A DNA stretch of 64,000 bases from Camelus dromedarius. Its lineage: Eukaryota. Shown here piece after piece: positions 1-14,729 of this stretch (position 1 is the first letter of the stretch; each line of letters opens with the position of its first letter). The notes under the pieces are model-generated. The model ran no database searches. It was not told where the DNA came from and saw only the letters and a list, made by a program, of their open reading frames with translations. Made by a program: the position numbers and the translations under genes. The stretch spans positions 41,418,001 to 41,482,000 of the forward strand of contig NC_087436.1 in the NCBI RefSeq assembly GCF_036321535.1. The letters run 5' to 3'.

Positions 1-1829
1 AATATCTTTTGTAGGTTTGGAATACTTTCAATTCTGAGGTTTATTTTAGTTTTGATAATAGTAATTTGGAAGCTATACTTACAGTTAAATATGTTTCTGC
101 CAGTGACCTCACATTCTGGGAAAGGAAAATACAGGATTTCAGGAAGTATAATTATGCTACAGTGATATCTATTAAAGATAAAATATGATGACACACCGTC
201 TCTTGTAAATTCCTCAAGTATTACAAAATTTACTAGTAATAGCTATTAAATACTCTTGTTAAAAGCACAGCCCTGCATTTTCTGTTTTTTATTCACATAA
301 AATTTCAGTGATATCTTTGATGTTACAAATAATCTTAACATGTTTTAGTGGTTATAGATAGCTAAACTCTTAACTTTACTTGTATTCATTAATGTAAATG
401 ACTGTTCTAGAAACGATCGTATTCTTTAATTAATAATCAATGGACAGATATTTTTTGAATAGCTAGGATACTCAACACCAAGCGTTAAGTTTATGTGGAA
501 TAGAAAATAAAAAGACTTATTCCTACCATCAGTAATGTTATATTCTACCTGAAGACAGAACTAATACAGAGTTTAATTGCTTATAAATTCCAAAAATATT
601 CAAAGAATAGAGAAACGAATTGTGCAGTAGACATTTCAAGAAGCCTTAGAGAATGAGGGACTCAGATTTTGAAAGCTATATTATATTAAAATATGAAATG
701 AAAGGAATGAAAGTGTGAAGGGCATGGTGAATTTCAATTGTTGATTTAACTACCCCGCTGTAAAAGTCCCGCTTGGAACTATAGCCTAGCTAGTGAGTAT
801 ATTATAAAAATAAATATGTATAAACATGTTTCACTGTAATATAGGACAGAGGTACATCTGGTATTGCACACCTAAAAGAAATATAATTGATTTTGCATAT
901 ACCTTTTTTAATTTTATCCATTTTTTCAATTAAAATGATACAATAAAAATTATGAATTTTGATGAAACTATAGTTATTTTTGTTGTAAGAAATACAAATG
1001 TACATATTGGACCACAACTAAAATGAAATTTTTATTAAAGAAAACTCTAGGCATTTATGACTTTAGAATATAAAGGTATCTTTCCAAAATGTTTTATTTA
1101 TAAAGATTTGTGATTTTTATATTTATTTTGTAAAAATAACATTAGTATATGCAGTGTGCATTGATGTTTGTATACTTTTAATTATGCTTACTGCATGTTC
1201 AGAATTTTTAAGTTATATAATACATTTTAAAATATTTTTGAGACAGGAAACAATAGAAATATGTTTAGAAAAACTCATGCCAGAAAAGACCAATGGTTCC
1301 TGTATTTTAAATATGTAACTTTTATATTTATTTACTTAACATCATAGTTGACACATTATTTTAATCTTGGAAAATTAACAAATTCACCATAAAACCCCTT
1401 TAAAAACTTTTATCAGGATTTGGGCAATGTAGTTAGTATCTAGCATATGATTTTACATGCCTTGATTAACTGTTCTCTTCCTCAGACTTAATGATTTATT
1501 TGATTGAAAATCTTATTAAATAAAGGAGTAGTACCACCTTTGTCATATATAATGTTTTGATGCCTACCTGTTGTTTTCACGAGGCCCATCCCAGAGCTAT
1601 AGTCAAAATGCAGCTGAGAATTCACAAAGAACTTGGCCTTTCTATCCTAAAGTTTAGGGCACATAATAACATGGAGGCTGCTGTCTGGCTCCCACTTTGT
1701 GATTTTCAAATAAGGGAGACAGACTAGGGTGACAGAATAAAGAGAAAGGGCAGAGGTAGTCAGCCTGAGCTACCAGTGTTTGGCATATGTTGTACAACAT
1801 AGCATGTACTGTACATTTCCTATGTACCT

Positions 1830-2230
1830 GCTAGATTCAGAAGAAGATAAGATACTTGGACAATCACTATAGTACCCACGAAAAAAGGGCAGCCTTCTTG
1901 TGTTAAGACCCCAGAAATTACAGCCTGTAAAAACAAAGAGAGTACATTCCCCAAGACAATAGTGCAGTATTCTCTGAAGAACTCACATCTCCATCCCAAA
2001 GGGGAGTCAGCGTTTAATAGTTGAAAGTAGACTGTGAAACATGAAAGATACATAGAATAAACCCTAGACTAATGACTAAAATCTATAGGAAAAGATGTAC
2101 AAATAAGCCAATAATAGAGAATTTTAAAAATGGTATCATGAGAAATACTCAATCCAACAATGACCGGACAAGAGAGAAAACAGAAATAACAGCATTTAGG
2201 AAAAATAGAAAATAACTAGATTTAGCTGTA
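1830..2230 (+). mobile_element. Old L1 (L1M-type) fragment
   Basis: A-rich sense strand with L1-like wording (AAGTAGACTGTGAAACATGAAAGATACATAG...AAATAAGCCAATAATAGAG); boundaries approximate. Confidence 0.5.
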
Positions 2231-2799
2231 AAAAGTTACTAAAATCAAATGTTTTGACAGTACTTTGTATTCACGAGAACATTTGGGAAAAGTGCAGGGG
2301 GTGTGCTGCACTAGGGATTTACATACTGAAAAGCAGTGGGCTAGCTGTTGAGGAATTACTCTTTAAGGCAAAGCCTATTGTTAAATTTGAAGAAATCCAT
2401 TACATAAAAATAAGAGAAAGAATTCACGAGTACTATATAAAATTAGTAAGTCAGGAAATTAAAGTAATAGTGAAGTTGCAGAAGATTTGAAAAGCAAAAT
2501 TAACATAGATACGTTATCTAATCTAATGGATATGTATGCAGATACACATACACACAAAAACACAATTCTTCATTCAGCAATTAGAGAATATACATATCAC
2601 TTAGGTTCACATAACTGTTAACAGTTTATTCTCCACAATGAAGAGAATATAATTTAATGCAAATATTATTGTGTCTTTTAGACATTTAAAAACCTTTAAA
2701 CCACTTGTTTATTTGGAATAAAACCAAAATTGTTGTGTATGGGCACAGTGGCTTGAATATATGTTCAAAACCTAGTCTCTGACTGTGTCTTCACCCTCT

Positions 2800-2803
<4 letters not shown>

Positions 2804-2832
<29 letters not shown>
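2804..2832. repeat. poly(T) tract, about 29 nt
   Basis: Directly visible. Confidence 0.95.
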
Positions 2833-2899
2833 GTTACACTTTTCAGTAGTGGTAATCTTTAGATTTTTGGGACATAAAGTTTCTTTTTAGTCTGTGTTA

Positions 2900-3235
2900 C
2901 TACAGGTACACTCTCCTCTATCTGGAAAACTCTCTCCTCATATTTCTAACACATCACCATCTTCTCTTCATGCTTTACAGTTCTGCTTAGATGCTGCTTT
3001 TGCAGGGAGACTTTCTCCAACTTCTGGTTAAGAACAAATATATGTTTCCTCCGCATGTTCTACTTCTATTTTTGAATTCATGACTACTTTGCAATTATGT
3101 TAATGATCTTTATTTCCTCCACTAGATTCCTTAAAGGTTAATATCATATTTGCTAAATTCATCATTATGTCCATTGTTCTTAGAATAGTAATTGGCACGA
3201 AATAGACCCTCAAAAAGGTTTTGAACTAATGAATA
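2900..3235 (+). mobile_element. L2 3' end fragment
   Basis: Ends in an L2-type tail (TTCTTAGAATAGTAATTGGCACGAAATAGACCCTCAAAAAGGTTTTGAACTAATGAAT). Confidence 0.6.
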
Positions 3236-6200
3236 TGTAATCATGTTGTTATTATGTAAACCGTGTATTATAAAAAGATATTATTAGCATTTCGAAGCTT
3301 CTGTTTCATAAATTTATTATGAAATTATATTGTTCTACTGCTTTTTGCACACAGCTTCTTAAACTAATTTTAACAGGATTAAAAGCCTGACTCAAATGCC
3401 TCATTTCAGAAATTATCCTAACCTCAAAGCAGCCTCCACTTCCTAAGGCAAGTAATATTTCCTTTCTCTCATCTTGACTTCATTATCAGCATTTATATTA
3501 AAACAAATAACAGAATCTGCTTTGCTCTTTAGCTACTTCCATGCTCATCTTCATTTCTTTTTACCAGATTGCTTTGAGAGACTTAGAGTTTTCATCATTA
3601 TCTAGATGGAGCTGATGCTCACTCATTATTTGTAGATGGCAAACTGAATGAGGCCAGACAGGATGTCAGTATTTCTAAATGATATGTAGGTACTCCATGT
3701 AGTCAATAGGGCACTTTCTAAGTATATGAAAGTTAATTTGTTAAATGAACTCATTAAATAAATAACAAAAGTAATAAATTTTTTGAACAGTATCTTTGTC
3801 TAAGTCTAAGTGGGTCCCTGACCACTGGCTGCTTTCCTGTCTGCAAAATCACCTCTGTGACACTTTACATTCATGGCTCACTGAAATCCAGCCTAGTGTG
3901 CTGCTGATTCTTGCCTCCTCTTCACCCAAATTAAATTACTGGTTCTGAATCAAAGAAGCAGCCTCACATATTGAAAAAGTTATATCCTTGTAGATGGGAA
4001 TGCAAATCCTAACAATTGTGTAACATTTGGCAAATGGTCAAAATGGAAAAAATACCAAATGATGGCAAATACTAAAATAAAAAATGGTGGTAAATTACTA
4101 TATACATATAACATACTTGTGAAAATTAGAGACAAAATGTATTCAATAACTGGCAGATAGTAGGAATTCAAACGAGTATAGTCATTATGGTGACTGTTCA
4201 TCCATTTAACACTCCTTGGTACAGTTCTTTGCCTTGTGTCTGTTTCCTGCTCATTGTTTATGTCTGATTCCTGAGAACGCTTTGTATTTCCTTCACAAAG
4301 CCCTTCTTCTTAGGTGCCCCAATCAATGAAATTAATACAGCTTGAATAGGTTAAAAATAAGATCTAATATAACTGTGAGTAAATGAAAAAAAATGGAAGT
4401 TACAATAAAAACTGAGAGGAATTAAGAAAAGCTGTATAAAGTGAAGAATCATGGATAATAGGTAAAAACCTTCCTCAGCAGCCTTAATGGCTCTGGAAGC
4501 AATTTAATTTTGCCCAAAGACATTTTGACTTTTAATAACCTATTTTAGCATTACCTTAGCATATCCCGTGAGAATCGTTGCAGAGTTTACTACAGTCACA
4601 GGGCTAAGCTGTACTGATTGGCTTCACTCCATTCAGTGTCTGTCACCTGAAGACCAAAAATTCTTATGTGCACTGGAGTATATGCCAAATAGAATACGTT
4701 CAAAATTCTCTGTTAAAATACAGCAATGGCAATAAATGCAAATCCATTGCATATATTGTAAATTACTTTACAAGGCATATTAATATTAGATAATTTTCCT
4801 CTCCTCATGGTTGCTACAAAAGGGCTGCCTTTCTGTATTGTGGGCATGAGGATTAATGCATCACTTGAAACTATAACAATGTACACAGCAGTGTAAACTA
4901 CACAGAGGAAACCTAATCTTGAAACCTAACATTCCTTTAACAGTCATCTAAATGTGTGTTACTACAGTTACAAAATGTATCAATGAATACAGATGTTTGC
5001 AAAAATTCTTTCACAAACCAAAGTTTTGAACTGTTGCAAATACAGCACTATCTGATGGCTATCAACTAACTTATCCTGTCAAATATGATTTATTAAGTGT
5101 TTCTTCCAGAATGACTGATTCAACCATTCAAAGATTTCTTCAGCTTTAGAGAGGAAGAGGTTAGCTCTCTTTGCTAGCGTATCTTTTGAAAACTTTCAGT
5201 TAGGTGGTGAGAAAAAGCAAATCATCTCTTAGATTTTTGTTTTCTGCTACTTTTCCACTGAAATTGCATATTTCTGCCATCTGTGCTGTCTTTTCCCGCC
5301 TATTTTTCTTTGGTTCTGTGTGGTAATCAATTGACAGCAAGTCACTTCTTCTAAAACATATTATTTACTGATGCACTTAGTATTCTATATGTTTAGAAAT
5401 CTTAAGAGATTATTTAAAATATAATGGACAAGCATGGGGCTTGTTAATAATTTAGAGGCTGAGCATCTTTAGACGAATTCCAGAGTGAAAACCAAATAAA
5501 ATTCACAGTGAAGTTAATCTGACTCTGATTGATGTGTGATGGCTGAGAAGTAATTAGGTACAATTGATAAAAATGTGTTGTAAATGACTCCAATTAATAT
5601 TACTTTTCTACAAACAAACTAAGCTTTGTGTTGTTATTTGGAAAGGAATATGGTCATGGGAGGAAAAAGTTACTGAAACTGCTTCTTCACTTGTGAAACA
5701 AGAGGAATCGATCTATTCTTCTATCCTATACAATTTCTGTTTGGGGTTTGAAGCCAGACTTTGGTGACTTTTGGGGGTTTTATCTGAAAACGTGGTACCA
5801 GTTTATCTAATTTGCTTCATGAACAAAATCGATTGGTCTCCTTTGTATCTCAAGAATTAGACACACGAGCCTGTGAGCAGAGAGTTCCCAAACACCTTAT
5901 AGTGGTAGACTTGCAGCTACCAACATATACTAGGTATTTATGGAACCAGTTTGCTACTCTGCATTGGTTCTGTTTCTCTGCTCCTTCATATTTCTGCCCA
6001 CTAAGTTGAAGAGTTTTTATTGAATACTTTTCAAAAATATATCTCATAGACTTTTCCAAAAAGCATATGTTAGATTTGTTCAGATTTGATGTCACAAGCC
6101 AACATAACTTTGATTTGAAGAGAACACTAATTATTAATTTGCCAACTTCCAGCTCTCTTAACATCATAATTGTTTCTGGAGTATAATATCAGGGAGGGCA

Positions 6201-6914
6201 TCGAAGATTTATAATCCTCATAATGGCACAATAAATTACCCTTATTGGTGATGAGGAATATTTGTTAAGCTAAAAATCCTCTATTTAATATTCAGTTTAA
6301 TTATGTAATAACAAAAATATTATTCAATGAATAAAAAATTGAATCGGCAAGAATAAAAATGTGTTTTTTAGGGTTTCTAGGTTCAATAAGATAGGAATTA
6401 ATTTAGTGCAATATGACAGCTATTTGATTCTTCAGGGTGAAAAGATAGCTGCCCCTAGATGGCTTTCAAGAACTCATTAGGAAGCAAAGGTGACAGTTGA
6501 TGCTTTCTTATTATTAGGTACAACTGTTAGAGAAAATTCATCTGGAGAAAAATAAAAAAAAAAGAAACCTCTGTGAGCGCCTGGATCTAGCATTTGGATC
6601 AACTGAAAGCACAAAGCCACCCACGCATGCTTATGTTTTTGAAATCACAGTATTATAAATGGAACTCCACTTTGCTTTGCTAAATAGCATCTGGGATGCT
6701 GAGTGAAATAGCACCCTTATAATAATTAGAGAAAAAAAATTTTTTCTGTGTGTTTCGAAATAAACTCTTAAGTGTCAAAATTATGAGGCAATACTATAAT
6801 ATATTTCTCTAGCATTTAAGGAAATAAAATTGATAAAAAAGGGAAATAATAATTTTAGAATATGGAAATCACAGAGGAGAGATTTAAACTGATGACATCT
6901 GATCCTCTAGAGCT

Positions 6915-6985
6915 TTGAAATTCAAAGTGTGGTTGGAACTAGCAGCATCAACATTACTTGGAACTTTATTAAAAATGCAGATTGT
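6915..6985. mobile_element. MER5-like hAT-Charlie MITE fragment
   Basis: TTCAAAGTGTGGTTGGAACTAGCAGCATCAACATTACTTGGAACTTTATTAAAAATGCAGATT resembles the MER5A consensus. Confidence 0.6.
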
Positions 6986-8004
6986 GTTTTGCCAAGAAAC
7001 ACTCCTTTTAGATAAAAATTAAGCATACTGAGAAAGCAGAATTTAATGAAAGGGGAGATCATGTGGGAGATGGGGAGCAGAAAATAAATTTAACATGTAT
7101 ATCTAGACATTTTCCTTAATTGAATACCATCTCTGCCTTCGTTGTGAAGTCTTAAAATGTACTGCATTATCATCTCGATCACCTTGTTACTCTCCCACCT
7201 TGTATCTTGGTCTAATATTTTCTTCTTTTTTCATTACTGCTGCTTTTTTTTTAGCCCTGCCAATGAATGTTTCAAATCCCAGACTTTAGCTCACAATTGT
7301 TTTTAATTCTCTTTCCTGAGTAGCTCTTGTAGATTTTCATATCAACTTTAAGGTATTTATTCTCAATGTTGTGGCCATCACTTTTTCCTTAAAACTGATC
7401 ACAGAAATATCTTCCTACACAATATATTTCTACTTCAATATTTAAAATTTCAGATAAATGTCTAAATCTTTTATCATAGTCCCTAAAACAAGTACTTTTT
7501 CTTCTCAAGCCAATATTTGCTTCTCTCAATCCTGCCAGTCAACCAGACCAAATCCTAAGAATCTCTTCCACAGTCTACTATATATACTAAAGTTCTGATA
7601 TGAGGTAAATTATGTTTAAGATAAAATTCAAAGTAAATAATATAATGTAACAACCTATTACATGGATCAATTATTTTTTGTCCATACCCACTCTAACAGT
7701 TCTAATTTTGACTTCATTAGCTCACTTTTGGAATATTCTAACTTAAACCTAAATAGTCTTTTTAATTCTATCTTTTCATCATACCTATTTAATGTAATTT
7801 TCTCAAAATCTCCACTTGCATGTCACTAAACATAAGCTTAATGTATTCTTATGCATTCTGAGTTTCAGTACTCTGCTTGATTTTGGAGAGCCTTTGTAAT
7901 ATTCCACCTGGTAGCCTAGATAATTCTTTGGGTTAGTAATTCCTATTCTAGATTATCATTATAGGTTTGTTTTAAGTATCAACTGGCAAAGTGTATGTAA
8001 AAAC

Positions 8005-10150
8005 AGTATTTTTTTAAGGTAACTGGTTTTGGAGAAGTTTTAAGAGGTTTAGATAATATTGAACAGAAAGCACAGAGAATTTCCATATGTCTTCTCTCCC
8101 AACCAACCTACATGCATTTTCCCCTATTAACATTTTACATCAGTGCAGGGCATTTATAGACCATATTGATTCGTAATTATTAACCAAAGTATATAGTTTA
8201 CATTACAGTTCAGTCTTTGGGTTTATACAGTGTCAACAGCTGTGTAATGACATGTATCCACCATCACAGTACTGGACAGAATAGATTCATTGCCCTAAAT
8301 GTCCCCTGTTCTCAACCTATTCACTGCTCTCCTCTCAGGCAACTACTCGTCTTTTTACACTCTGTCCTTAACGATGCCATCAAAAACATTTTCATTTATT
8401 TTACAGTATTTTGTTTGTTTGTTTCCAATGTTTCCTTTTGATTCTTCCTTAGAATTTCCATCTCTCTGCCTTTATTACCCATTTGCTGTTGTATACTGTC
8501 CTTTTTTTTTTCTACCAGACTCCTTAGAATATGAACCATAGTTGACTTCAAACCCTAGTCTAATAATTCCAAAATCTCTGCCGTATCTGAGTCTGGTTCT
8601 GATGATTGCATTGTATCTTTATACTGTGTTCTGTCTTTTAGCATGCTTTGTATGTTTTTGCACGCTTTATTTGTTTAAAGCTGGACATAATATATTTCAT
8701 TAAAAATTGAGATAAATAGGCCTTTAGAGTAAGATTTTATGTTTATCTGGCTAGGAGTATAGCTGTTTTTACTGTTTGCTGTTGCTGTGGTGTCAAAGCC
8801 TAAAATATACTCTAGTTTTATTTTACCTCCTCTGTTGTCTTTGGGTTTCTGTAGATATTCCTACTTAAATAAGGTGTGAGACTTAACAGTTGTTTTGCCT
8901 GTAGTCCCTATTATTGTATAGAAGGCCTGCTGATGTTGGTATGACGTGGTGCAAGGAGAAGTATTCCCTAGTCCTATGATTAGATGTTAGTCTTTCAGTG
9001 AGCTGTGTCCCAGGTCTGTGACCTTCATGGGGGCTTTTCAGTTCCCCTACTCAAGGTAAGACAAGAAGTTTAGAGAATCCTGGAGTTGGGTATTTTTTTT
9101 CCTCCACCTTCATTAGGTTCTTGAAATACCAAAATTTATTGGCTCTGGTAAAGTAGTGTCCCTTGAGGGAAGGCTGTTGTTAAGGAGAGTATTATCACCC
9201 GGGGTAGTTTTTCCTGTGAGGTCAAGTCTTTAGTGGTTCTAAGATGAGTTTTTATTTTCAGCTTGTTCAGTTTTTCTTGTTTTGAAGATGATGGCAGCAA
9301 TTTGCAAATTCTTTGTATGCTGGACCTGGAAATGGTTCTCTGTATTTAATTCATGTTTTACTTAATCAAATATATATAGACACAAATGTGTATAAAATTA
9401 TAAAAGGCAATATAATCTAAATATTTATAATAAAATGAAAAATCAGTTCCTTTCTTTTACCCTCCAACTCTGATTCCTATTCCTCAGAAACAACAGCTTT
9501 CAAATATTATAGGAGGTTTTTTTTCCTTATATTTATCTCCATGTTATGTATAGTTGACTTATACAAAACTTTCTTTATTAAGATTCTGGTATAGCAAGTG
9601 CTCCTATAGAAATTTACTATATAGCTTTCATATTCCCTTTTTCTATACCTCTTCCTACCATGCACTTACCCTCATTTCTTATAATTTAGTTATAATATTT
9701 GTTTAGCATAATGTGCATTGCATATATTATTATGCCTATAAGTACTTTGTCTATTCTTCATTTGTTTACTTTTCCATGTGCTAAGTATTAATCCATGTTT
9801 AATTTCTGTCAGCAATAAAAAATATCTTCTCAATATAATGAGAAACACCCAGGTAATCTGGCAATATTACTTTTTATTTATGGTTAAGTTTCTCTGGGAC
9901 AAATCCATTCTTTGCCTAATTCTGGAAAATTCTCTCTATATTTCTTGCTGGGTTTTGATTTCTAAGCCTCTTTTTTTTTTTAATTCATGTGTTTGTTGCT
10001 TGCTTATTATTTGTTCTATGATTCCTCCTTGTTCATAGCCTCAGAGTTAATTTTTGATAAATATAATATTTAGTCTTATTTCTTTGAGAATATAATGTAT
10101 AGTTTTAAATTTTATTTTCAACTTCTTTATTCTCTATGTAATCATGTCCA
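8005..10150 (-). mobile_element. Block of old L1 fragments (L1MC-like 3' end at about 8005-8345, followed by L1M/L1ME-type pieces)
   Basis: Antisense L1MC 3'UTR wording (TGTGTAATGACATGTATCCACCATCACAGTACTGGACAGAATAGATTCATTGCCCTAAATGTCCCCTGT); T-rich antisense L1 body. Confidence 0.7.
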
Positions 10151-12559
10151 ATTCCTAATAACATCTGTGTTTAATTAATTAAATTTGATATATTAACAAC
10201 TAACTTCTGAGAAAGTTCTTTCTTACTGACCAGGCTTGAACAAGAATCAAACTATAGATACACTCAGCAGGAAGACTTGTGTTTTGTGATGTGTATGTAA
10301 ACACAGGAAAGTACTGACTTTATGTAAAAATAGCATGTTTATATGAATTTCAGCAGTGTAAATTTGCTTATAGATTTATTATTAAGTATCACTCATTTGT
10401 TAATTAAAGTATCCTCTCCATAACAAGTATTTACATATTATTTAATATGGTAGTTTATTAATAATTATCATTTCATGTGCATATTTTTTCAATAATGGAC
10501 ATAGATATGGCACTGATGTTGTGATTTTGTTGCAAACTAGTGGTTCCTGGCCTGAATATGGCCAACTGACTTACTTTAATTGGCCAGCAGGATTTTTTTG
10601 TTTGACTTTTGCTCTCTTTAATATGTGAGTACTTTAAAGGACTCATGTGCTTTCTAGTTCATTGGTAAAACAGCTATCTATTTATCATATCCAAATGCTT
10701 CACATTTATATCACCTACAGGCCTCGAAGTCATTACAATCCCTAACGTTGAGATCTGTGAGTGAACTTCTCTCCTGGGAACATCTTTTTTGCTCTTATAT
10801 TCTCTATTGCATCACTCTCAGTTCTTGTAAATAAATTTAAATCCCAATAATCTCTGTGTAAGTTCTTGAGATACCAGAATTAATTCTGAAGTAAAGCACA
10901 TTTTGTATAATAAAAAATATATCATTCAATGAGAAATTGTAAACAAAGATAATTTCCATGGCATACACACATAACCACCAACTTTTATTTGTAGCTTTAA
11001 TCATTGATTGTGACACAGGTATAAATACTATTCTATATGAAAATTAATATTGCATACTATACTTCTTCTATTGTAACATGATGTTTAGGTTATGTGAATT
11101 AGAAGTGTGACTTCAATCTCCTCCTATATGTTTTCAGTGTACCTGAATTAATTATAGTCAGAAACAACTCAATGTTGTAAATTAGCCTCTAGCAACACAA
11201 TATCTTTGATGATACTGAGTGGAAATTCTGGTCATTGTTTCTTAATGGGTAAAAGCAGTGTTTACAGCCTTAAGGCATTGGCTGTATTTAAATGCCCTGT
11301 AGTCTTTAGTTTCATACTGCGTAAGTTATCGCTTCAATTTATCTGCCTCCAAATGTTGACAGAATTTTCTAATAGATTTTTATTTACCAATGAAATATAA
11401 TTAAGCTTTATCAGCCCTGTATTAATGCATGTGATAATAGGATTGATTTCTATCAATAAAGTCTGAAAGTGTATTTTTTTTAATCAGACCTATTCCATAA
11501 AAGTACATGAGAATCTTAAAATACGGATAGCATAAAAGTTAAATAAAAATTCATTAGTTAAAAGGACCAGAAGGGAGAAAGGTAGGGGAAATAAGCACAT
11601 TACTTGAAAGGTAAATTAATACCAAAAATAATTACTATAAAGTTACATAACATTTCTAGAGACAGCAAATTATTTGAACCTGAGAATATTGAAAGCAAAC
11701 TAAATTAAATAAACAATATCAATTGTATATTTTATGTTACTAAACAGCTCAATTTACTTATGATTTAGCATCAGATAGTTCAGAAAGTTTTACTGTCTAT
11801 TCCTCCTGTTGCAACCCCATTGTGAACAGATGGAGATCTTTATATGGTCCATAATAAGTGGTCTGGAAATAATACAGTGTTTATGCTCAGTAAAAACAGA
11901 TTAAGTTTATTAATACCTATAAGACATCTCATTTTTTATCCTTCTGTGACATATTTCTGCATGAACACATACACACACATATATACACACACCATGCTTT
12001 TCATTTGTCTCTTGGTTTTCTCAGCCTGAGAGAAGAGAAAAGGACAGCAAAGGATAAAACCTTTTTGGGATCATTATTCTTCATTAGCAAAAGGAAGAAA
12101 ATTATCTTATGAGCAGTTTTTACAATTACAAGTAAACTAGAATAAAGAAAATATAGTAGGTCAGAAGTTGACTTAAATAAACTTAGATTCCTGATTGACT
12201 TTAGTTTCCTGAATGATATTATTGCTGAATAGTATAAATTTAGTCTTTCTAAAGAATATACATCTGTTTTAATATCATATTTAGAAAATTTTTTATCTTC
12301 CTTTGAATTTTAAGAATAATGTAAAAATGTAAGGTAATGCTTGATTTCTAATATAAAATATTTGAAGAGAAAGACCAGTGAGTACTGGATCTGATTCAAA
12401 AACAAACAAATCACTACAAGATATACAGATAGTATTTCAGAAAGTCTGAAATCTCTTTACTAATTCAGAGGCTATGTGCCTAAAATTTAGTTCTTTGGAT
12501 CACCCTCCATCCTAAAAAATAGAATTCTAAATCACATTTTGCCATGACCCAACAAGAAC

Positions 12560-12975
12560 TTTCCTGATACATTTGTGAACACTACCCAAACACCTTATTG
12601 TGGCCTAAATGTCCCACATGGCTTGGACTCTACCTGCCATTGACCTCAACTATTATCATTTTCTCTCCCACCTAATATGATCTCACCTTTAGAAAAAAAT
12701 CTCATTCCCTTTCTACTTCCTGGCTTATGTTTGTAATACTCTTCCTGTAGATCATTTTGGTAAAGTGGTTCTCTTTTCTTTTATAATTCAGTAAGTCATA
12801 TCATTCTTCTTAAAAATATAGAATTTTTCTATCTTAATTAATAGCCTTTGTTCTTATCACTAGAATGTATGTTTTATGAGATTGGAAAATACATTTTCTT
12901 TTTGCAGTTCTATCCATAATACGTTGGATGGGGCCTGACTCGTAACAGGCAACATATTTACCTTTTGTGAATACA
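12560..12975 (+). mobile_element. L2 3' fragment
   Basis: CACTAGAATGTATGTTTTATGAG...GGGCCTGACTCGTAACAGGCAAC, a degenerate L2 tail. Confidence 0.5.
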
Positions 12976-13428
12976 AATATAACTATTTAATTTGATAGAC
13001 AAATATAATAAGGTTAGAAAAAAAATCAAAAGAGAATATTTTAAAATTGGCTTACTTTCAAGTGATTTTGCATTTATAATTCCTGGATATTATCTGTGAG
13101 ATATACAAATATTTTTTCCAGGTTTAATATTAATGTCCAAAGTCCAAAGATTCATTCATTGCTATACTGTTTTCACTCATAGCCATGTGGTTTTCCAATA
13201 CCTATTTTAATCTTTATTTTCTGACTTTATAATAATTTTAATATCACAAATGTCCTGAAATAATTGCTGGATAAAACCTTAGCATGAAGAAATACTTTTA
13301 TAGTAATTCCTTTCTTCCTTCTCAGAGTACATTTCATTTTCATAAGAAGTTCTTGGGACTCAGACTCTGAGACTAAATTAAAAATTAAGTCAACAGGGCA
13401 AGTCTGCAACAACATACAGTCACACACA

Positions 13429-13545
13429 GAGGGAGGGTACAGCTCAGTGGTAGAGTGCATGCTTAGCATCCACAAGGTCCTGGGTTCAAGTAAATAAATA
13501 AGTAAACCTAATTACCCTACCCCCAAAAAAACCAAACAAATGAAA
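13429..13545 (+). mobile_element. Camelid tRNA-derived SINE (Vic-1 type) with internal deletion
   Basis: GGGAGGGTACAGCTCAGTGGTAGAGTGCATGCTTAGCATCCACAAGGTCCTGGGTTCAA head, then TAAATAAATAAGTAAACCTAATTACC and an A-rich tail; degenerate 18-bp TSD at 13411-13428 and 13546-13563 (3 mismatches). Confidence 0.88.
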
Positions 13546-13769
13546 AACATACAATGACGCACAAACATGTATATATATCAAGATGGCAGAAAAAAACGTA
13601 TCCTACGTTTTGCACAAAAATAATCTGACTTACTGTTGGTCTCAACACTTGATTAGTCAGTGTTATGTATTCATTTTAGTTACATAAATTTTAGTTAATT
13701 TAGTTATACCTATCTGTTAAAAATGAAGTTGAATCAGGTGTTATTAGAACATTTAACAGTTTGAAAACT

Positions 13770-14200
13770 GTTCTATAGTGGAAAGAGCATGATAGTTAAG
13801 AGTAAGAGACCTGGATTCAAATCCCAAAATAGCTGCATATTAAGAATATCATTTTTTGTGCATCTTGGAAAATTCTGAACTTGAAAATCAGTGAAGGACT
13901 GAAAAACTTTGGTAGGTAAAAATCTGGTTATTACTAGACTTTATCTTTACTAGGCTGCATTTTACCTTCTCTAATCTTAATTTGTCTTTAATGCCTTAGG
14001 AAAAAAATACTAAGTTACTGAGACTTTTCAAAAAGCAGTGCATTCCCTGTATCTTTGATCTAATTGCCAAAGAAAAAAAATATTTAACTTCTCTCAAATT
14101 TTGCTTTCTAATCAATAAAATAAGAATTGTTTTATCTTCATAAGTTAATAGTAAAAATAAAATGGCCATGTAGGATGACTGGTACACAATAATTTTTCAT
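13770..14200 (+). mobile_element. MIR fragments
   Basis: TAGTGGAAAGAGCATG...AGACCTGGATTCAAATCCC head; core TTTAACTTCTCTCAAATTTTGCTTTCTAATCAATAAAATAAG at about 14080. Confidence 0.55.
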
Positions 14201-14729
14201 TCCTCTTTGGCAGTACATTAAACTGATTTTTTATATTGAACTCATCATAAATGGCTGTCAAATAAAGTAATATATTTGTACAACTAAAAATCACCTATGC
14301 TTTTACTTGGCCCCATTAGTTCACTTTGTATATGTTGGAACCATGGCTACGGAGAGTGTAATAGTTTAAATGATGTGAAAGCTGTTGATGGGCTTGGGAC
14401 TAGAATCTAGCAGAGCACGTGTGCTCAATGAATATTCTTCTATCCTTTTACCCAGTTACTTCCCTTTGCTTCCTTTTATTTTATTGCTTTATTTATATTC
14501 TTTCCTTATGTGGTGAGGGAAGGATTTATTTTAGCCAAAATCTACAGAGTCAAAAAGATGCAGATTGCTCCAGGAAAAGTGGATATATTAAGTAAAAGCA
14601 TGCATGAGACCTAAAATATACCCTCGTAGGTTTATAAGATGATTTAATGGAAGTTTACATTTTATATTCACCATAGCTCAAATTCAATCACTCTGTTGCT
14701 CTAAGAGATTTACAATATCCAGAATGACT

